Notes under the pieces: model-generated | The model's input: the letters and a program-made list of their open reading frames with translations, nothing else | Database searches by the model: none | What the model was told of the DNA's origin: nothing | Translations under genes and position numbers: made by a program | In this document: positions 59,598 to 64,000 of the stretch, piece by piece | Layout: the number at the start of each line of letters is the position of its first letter | How positions within the stretch are numbered: the stretch's first letter is position 1 | Assembly: GCA_963827685.1 (NCBI GenBank) | Contig: CAWHBU010000005.1 | Coordinates: 256,001-320,000, forward strand | Source of the DNA: an uncultured delta proteobacterium | GTDB taxonomy: Bacteria > Desulfobacterota > BSN033 > UBA1163 | Length of the DNA: 64,000 bases | Direction of reading: 5' to 3'

Positions 59598-59873
59598 TTA
59601 GTGAAAGAAAGCTGTAATCACAAACATAATGGCACATAACAGAAAGTTGAGGTGTGCCAGAAGAAAGAGCTTAAACCGAGCACTTAGTTTCTCATGGTTA
59701 TTTCTTAGATGCCTATAATATCGATAGACGTTTAGAGTTCCTGCGAACAATACCATTCGGAAGTCCGGTCGAGCCTTGATTTCTCTTTGCGCAAGAATTG
59801 CCGTTATTCCAAAAAAGGCCATCGTAAATACCAGATATATTCCAATCATGAAGTCCCAAGTGAGCATATCCAA
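59598..59873 (-). CDS. Small membrane protein (cassette ORF)
   Basis: Hydrophobic segments; lies between attC 5 and attC 4. Confidence 0.55.
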   Translation of the reverse strand: MDMLTWDFMIGIYLVFTMAFFGITAILAQREIKARPDFRMVLFAGTLNVYRYYRHLRNNHEKLSARFKLFLLAHLNFLLCAIMFVITAFFH

Positions 59874-59886
59874 ATTTCTTATATCC

Positions 59887-59944
59887 CGCTAATGATCTGA
59901 ATCAGCGGGGCATATTACGCATCTGCCGAATTGTTTTGTCAGCC
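59887..59944 (-). other. attC site 5 (degenerate)
   Basis: GGCTGAC ... ATTAGCG; R'' matches the cassette start GTTAGCC at 61367 with one mismatch. Confidence 0.5.
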
Positions 59945-59948
59945 ACAC

Positions 59949-61346
59949 CTAAACACTTTGTTTCCTTCTTTCGCCGTGTACATAATCTGGAATTCTACCG
60001 GTTCTTATGGCATCTTCGAGCCACATTGCCTTCTGTAACAATAGTTTGTTACCAGTCTTTTTAAAGATTTCTATAGATTGACTTACAAGTGCTAAGGCCT
60101 CATCTTTCTCTCCGAAGAATCTTATTTGGTTCGCAAGGTTATGAAGTACGTTTGCTACACCTTCTTCATCAGCAATTTGAGCGTAAATGTTCTTGGCCAG
60201 AAGAAGGCTTCTCTTGCAAAGGTCTCTTTCATACTCATATCTGTCAGAAACCTTCATCTGGCAATATGCCAGGGCACGCTGACCCGCTGCATTGCCGATT
60301 AAGAGTAGTACGCCTGCCAACATCTGAAGGTCATTACTTTTAGCTGTTAAATTAAGAGCTGCGTCAAAGGCAGAATTATACTCCTCTTGGGTACGTCTTA
60401 AACGACCAAGAGTGCTTTGCCGTTGTGCCTCAGTCACAAAAGGCAAACCACATAGATTGGATGCCATGATGGAGAAGAACATTCTCATATCTTCATTAAT
60501 ATAAGCAAAAGACAAAAAGGATGCTTTTTGAGCAAGGAAGAAAGCTTTAAAACGTTGACTCCCAATCGATTCAGTTAGGGCGATGCCTGATTTACAAAGC
60601 TCTATCATATCTGTAGGGGAGTCCTCTAAAGGATCAAACAGATCCAAGAGTCCGATCAACGCATTAAGTTGAGCCACGGTATCCTTACTTGCATAGTAAA
60701 TAGTCTTAAGCTCTTTCTTTGCATTGCCGGTGGCAAAGACCTGCCGTAATTCAATTACGCGCTTATTATCGTCACTATCACCAGCCTTTGATTCCATAAA
60801 AGGTGCAGCAAGTAGATGTTTCTGAATCGGACCCTCCTTCTTTTGCGTTTGTTTTAAATAACTCAAGATTTCGTCTAGTTTCTTATCTATACGCGTAACG
60901 TGTAGCTGTGGAAATGCTTCATATAAATGGGGATTTTTGTAAAGTTCATTGGCAAGAAATGTAGATTCCAGGTGATTTGCGGCAAACCCAAGGTCAGATC
61001 CAATCTTGCACATTTGGGCAACTACGTTGCTACTCAACTTTCTGGGAGTGATAAACGTCCACCGTTCCACTTCGTACTTGTCGGCATCTCGGAGTTTTGC
61101 TGCTTTTTGCATATCGCTCGTTATTTTCTCCAAGTAGTCCTTATCCGTCTTTTTCTCGGGCTTAATGGGGCAGTAAATGGCGAATATCGTTTTTTCTGAC
61201 CGCAAATATCCGTCATTTCCCTCATCACTCCGAGTTCCGTCAATTATTTGAAAATCCTCACCATAGATACAAGTAAGAATCAAATTAGACAATCGTGTGA
61301 ATTCTTGTGGATTGGTTATCAGGGCGATTTGGTCTTCCAGATACAT
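59949..61346 (-). CDS. Restriction-endonuclease-like N-terminal domain fused to helical/TPR repeats (cassette ORF)
   Basis: F..L...IL.....F..IDG..SDEGNDGY....FAIYCP...KI.SD..KA...WTFITP; C-terminal A..LHNLA TPR; ATG 61346 follows GTTAGCC. Confidence 0.7.
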   Translation of the reverse strand: MYLEDQIALITNPQEFTRLSNLILTCIYGEDFQIIDGTRSDEGNDGYLRSEKTIFAIYCPIKPEKKTDKDYLEKITSDMQKAAKLRDADKYEVERWTFITPRKLSSNVVAQMCKIGSDLGFAANHLESTFLANELYKNPHLYEAFPQLHVTRIDKKLDEILSYLKQTQKKEGPIQKHLLAAPFMESKAGDSDDNKRVIELRQVFATGNAKKELKTIYYASKDTVAQLNALIGLLDLFDPLEDSPTDMIELCKSGIALTESIGSQRFKAFFLAQKASFLSFAYINEDMRMFFSIMASNLCGLPFVTEAQRQSTLGRLRRTQEEYNSAFDAALNLTAKSNDLQMLAGVLLLIGNAAGQRALAYCQMKVSDRYEYERDLCKRSLLLAKNIYAQIADEEGVANVLHNLANQIRFFGEKDEALALVSQSIEIFKKTGNKLLLQKAMWLEDAIRTGRIPDYVHGERRKQSV

Positions 61347-61628
61347 GTTAAATATTTTATGGCTAACAATTAATAGACCAAGTTCCAATTTGTTTCTAAT
61401 TGGCCCTTCTACCTGTACTTTTTACCACCTTTTTATTTTGGCGTCTATAGAATTCTTGATTCTATTTCGTTTTTTCCATTACAATAGCATAAAATTTAAA
61501 GCAACTTCTTTTGACAATTTTTATTGGGTGCCAGGAGTTTTCTTTCCGACAAATTGTTTCCCCTCACCCCATCCCTCTCCCCTGGGGGGAGAGGGGAAGG
61601 TGACAGAGGAGGGGTGAGGGGATGGAGG

Positions 61629-62777
61629 ATGAGATTGCTTCGCCTTCGGCTCGCAATGACCGCCTGCTTCGTAATTCTGCTGACCCTTGTTTCATTCACT
61701 CCTGCGCTTCTGAGCCAAGACTTCAAGCGGGCTCTTCCGGGAAGAACCTTTTCTTTTCCCCAGGACCATTTCTCTCATCGTGAATTCAAAACCGAATGGT
61801 GGTACTATTCCGGCCATCTCCAATCCCTTGGCGACGATGGAAAATCCTTTGGCTATCAGCTCACCTTTTTCAGAACGGGTTTAACAAGAGAGACAAAACA
61901 TCAAAAGTCAAAATGGTCCATTCAAGACCTTTATTTCGCGCATCTTGCCATCACGGATGAATCGAAAAAGAAGTTTGAATATCGTGAAAAGATCAGCCGT
62001 GGAAGCTTGGGAGAGGCAGGGGCTTCCCCTTACAAGACAGGTGAAAAGACCTTTCGAATCTGGATTGAGGACTGGTCCGTTGAAGGAAAGGGTCCTGGAA
62101 TGCAAAATCACCTTCTCAAAGCTGGAGATAAAGTTTTTGGGATTGAACTGATGCTTACGCCGGAAAAAAATCCAGTCATCCACGGGCAAAATGGGATCAG
62201 CCAGAAAGCCGAAGGAGAGGGATATGCCTCGCATTATTATTCCATCCCCCGCTTAAGAACGGAAGGGAGAATCTTTTTACAAAACAAAGAAATTTCTGTT
62301 CAAGGAATCGGCTGGATGGACCATGAATTTGGCTCCTCTCAACTCCGAGAATACCAGGTTGGATGGGATTGGTTCAGCATTCAATTGGATAAGGGGATAG
62401 AGTTGATGCTTTATCAGATCCGACAAAGCGATGGGAAAATAGATCCCTATTCCAGCGGGAGCATCATCTTTCCTGACGGAACATACCAGCATTTATTTGG
62501 GAAGGAATTCCAGATTGAAGTCCTGGATCACTGGAAAAGCTCAAAGAGCGGGGCCGCCTATCCCTCCAAATGGAGGGTGAAGGTCCCCGGTCGTCAGATT
62601 GATCTGATCATCTCCCCAACCGTTAAAGATCAAGAATTGATTACCAAGGAATCCACCCGGGTGATCTATTGGGAGGGAAGCGTTAAGGTGGATGGGAAGT
62701 ATCAGGGCGGTCCTATCAAGGGGATGGGTTATGTGGAATTAACCGGATATGCCGAGCCTCTTTCCGGAAAAATCTGA
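61629..62777 (+). CDS. AttH/CrtC-like lipocalin-domain secreted hydrolase; start uncertain
   Basis: FPQDHFSH...EWWYYSG, WMDHEF, GWDWF, YWEG, GYVELTGY. Confidence 0.85.
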   Translation: MRLLRLRLAMTACFVILLTLVSFTPALLSQDFKRALPGRTFSFPQDHFSHREFKTEWWYYSGHLQSLGDDGKSFGYQLTFFRTGLTRETKHQKSKWSIQDLYFAHLAITDESKKKFEYREKISRGSLGEAGASPYKTGEKTFRIWIEDWSVEGKGPGMQNHLLKAGDKVFGIELMLTPEKNPVIHGQNGISQKAEGEGYASHYYSIPRLRTEGRIFLQNKEISVQGIGWMDHEFGSSQLREYQVGWDWFSIQLDKGIELMLYQIRQSDGKIDPYSSGSIIFPDGTYQHLFGKEFQIEVLDHWKSSKSGAAYPSKWRVKVPGRQIDLIISPTVKDQELITKESTRVIYWEGSVKVDGKYQGGPIKGMGYVELTGYAEPLSGKI

Positions 62778-62941
62778 CCCAATCGCAGGTCATTGACCCT
62801 CTCGGGGACTTTGTCCTAAAGATTTCGAAATAAAGATCCACTTCTTCATTATTATCATCTCCTTTCATCGGACTTGAAAATAGCGCATATTAGGTCCTTA
62901 GGACATATTACTCTACCACTCGCTGAGTATCGAAAAAGGAG

Positions 62942-63469
62942 TCAGCTACCGCTGTCAGGTCTATCAGTCCCCAATGAGCGGACAGCTCTGACGAATCCTT
63001 TGGCGCGCTTCTTTGGAGTAGGGTATACCCTCGAGACCTCTTTCCCTTGAGAGGGACTATAGTTGAACGGGAGCAAGACAGTGGGGTCGGATGACCAATA
63101 GAGATCAAAATAGGCATAGACATCGCGTGAATGTCTGCGCATCATCAATTCGACAACCACTGCGGTGTCTCGTTCGTCAGGGTTGGGCAGACGCCAATCC
63201 GTATAGCCACCCACTCGTAGCGTCATACAGTACTTTTGCGCTTCCTCGAATGTGACCTCCTTTCCATTATCGCCTTTCTGCCACATTATTTTCCGCCTTG
63301 TGTCCGTAACCGTGCCATCTCCGTTGTCCACAAACCTTTTCTCTGCGACAAGAACGGGCGCCTTGCGCGGGGGGGGAAGGTGTTCGGCTGACTCAGCCGT
63401 GTGCGACCGGCTAAGAAGTAGTAGTACAGAGGCTATGAACATAAGCGAGAATCGCAACACATTTTGCAT
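62942..63469 (-). CDS. DUF1566 (Lcl C-terminal) domain protein
   Basis: RFVDNGDGTVTD....MWQ, GYTDWRLP, YWSS, VRAVR. Confidence 0.85.
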   Translation of the reverse strand: MQNVLRFSLMFIASVLLLLSRSHTAESAEHLPPPRKAPVLVAEKRFVDNGDGTVTDTRRKIMWQKGDNGKEVTFEEAQKYCMTLRVGGYTDWRLPNPDERDTAVVVELMMRRHSRDVYAYFDLYWSSDPTVLLPFNYSPSQGKEVSRVYPTPKKRAKGFVRAVRSLGTDRPDSGS

Positions 63470-63550
63470 CTTAGTGCCCCCTTCTTGGCTGCAGGAAACC
63501 CTCCCGGGCCACCAGCCCGACCTCACCGCCCCCACAAATAACTGTGCAGC

Positions 63551-64000
63551 CTAACCGCTGTGAGATCCCCGTGAGCCTTCGGGAAGAAGCTTGGCGATAC
63601 CCCAGGCTACCGCGTAGACCACGCCGAGGAGGACAACATCCGTCGGGCCGACGGGCAAATCCCATTGATATGCAATCCAGAAACCGAGGAAAGCAACCGC
63701 GCCACCGACCAGTGAGGCCAGTGCCGTGAACTGGCGCATATTGTGCGCAAACAAGTGTGCCGTCAGTGCGGGGATCAGCAAAAATCCAAACGCGATCAGC
63801 GGACCGACGCTGAGCACCGCCATCGAGACGGTCAGGCCGATCATCAGATAGAGCAGCACATCCCAGAAAACAACATTCTTGCCAAGTATAATGGCCATCT
63901 CCCGGTCAAACGAGACCAGGAGCAACTCCTTGTAAAACAGTCCCAGCGAGACGAGGACGAGCGCAAGCGTTCCTGCCGTCAACGCAAGATCGAAATTGGA
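63551..64000 (-). CDS. Metal (Zn/Mn) ABC transporter permease, C-terminal part (runs off the window edge)
   Basis: KELLLVSFDRE.A, VGPL...LLIPA..A, DLPVGP. Confidence 0.85.
   Translation of the reverse strand, partial: SNFDLALTAGTLALVLVSLGLFYKELLLVSFDREMAIILGKNVVFWDVLLYLMIGLTVSMAVLSVGPLIAFGFLLIPALTAHLFAHNMRQFTALASLVGGAVAFLGFWIAYQWDLPVGPTDVVLLGVVYAVAWGIAKLLPEGSRGSHSG

Noticed and set aside
61368-61520. attI site or integrase upstream of the cassette array
   Set aside because: AT-rich sequence with no integrase ORF or recognisable attI structure; it cannot be supported.
1-64000. tRNA, rRNA or known riboswitches
   Set aside because: None recognised by eye; an Infernal/Rfam scan would be needed to exclude them.

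Overview
64-kb window from what looks like an anaerobic deltaproteobacterial (Desulfobacterota-like) chromosome or MAG; the taxonomy is inferred from gene content and style. Left to right: (1) an LPS/surface-glycan cluster (GT4, GT2, GT9 heptosyltransferases, DegT, epimerase, three SAM methyltransferases, acyltransferase); (2) housekeeping/envelope genes (thioesterase, radical SAM, FtsB, TonB-like, long TPR protein, pcm); (3) a stray integron-like cassette with an attC-like site and a tsaA fragment; (4) nucleoside hydrolase/ribokinase; (5) an IclR-led sugar-acid catabolic operon (TctBAC, DctP, M24 peptidase, Gfo/Idh/MocA, IolB, KdgK, Eda, LarA-family, two dehydrogenases); (6) small genes, including an un-called LysW-like carrier protein; (7) nifU-nifS, arsM and an AbrB-type regulator; (8) a candidate new RiPP locus: small Cys protein, RRE-radical SAM-SPASM enzyme, an un-called 20-aa precursor MTIKKVAKKFSGLCKCKASC, then a circularly permuted ATP-grasp; (9) an ABC-exporter/AttH operon split by an integrase-less cassette array (HigBA, nuclease-TPR and others) whose attC crossover sites are hit three times by an IS1182-family element and its miniature derivatives. 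Several single-base frameshifts look like long-read errors. No rRNA, tRNA or CRISPR array was seen.
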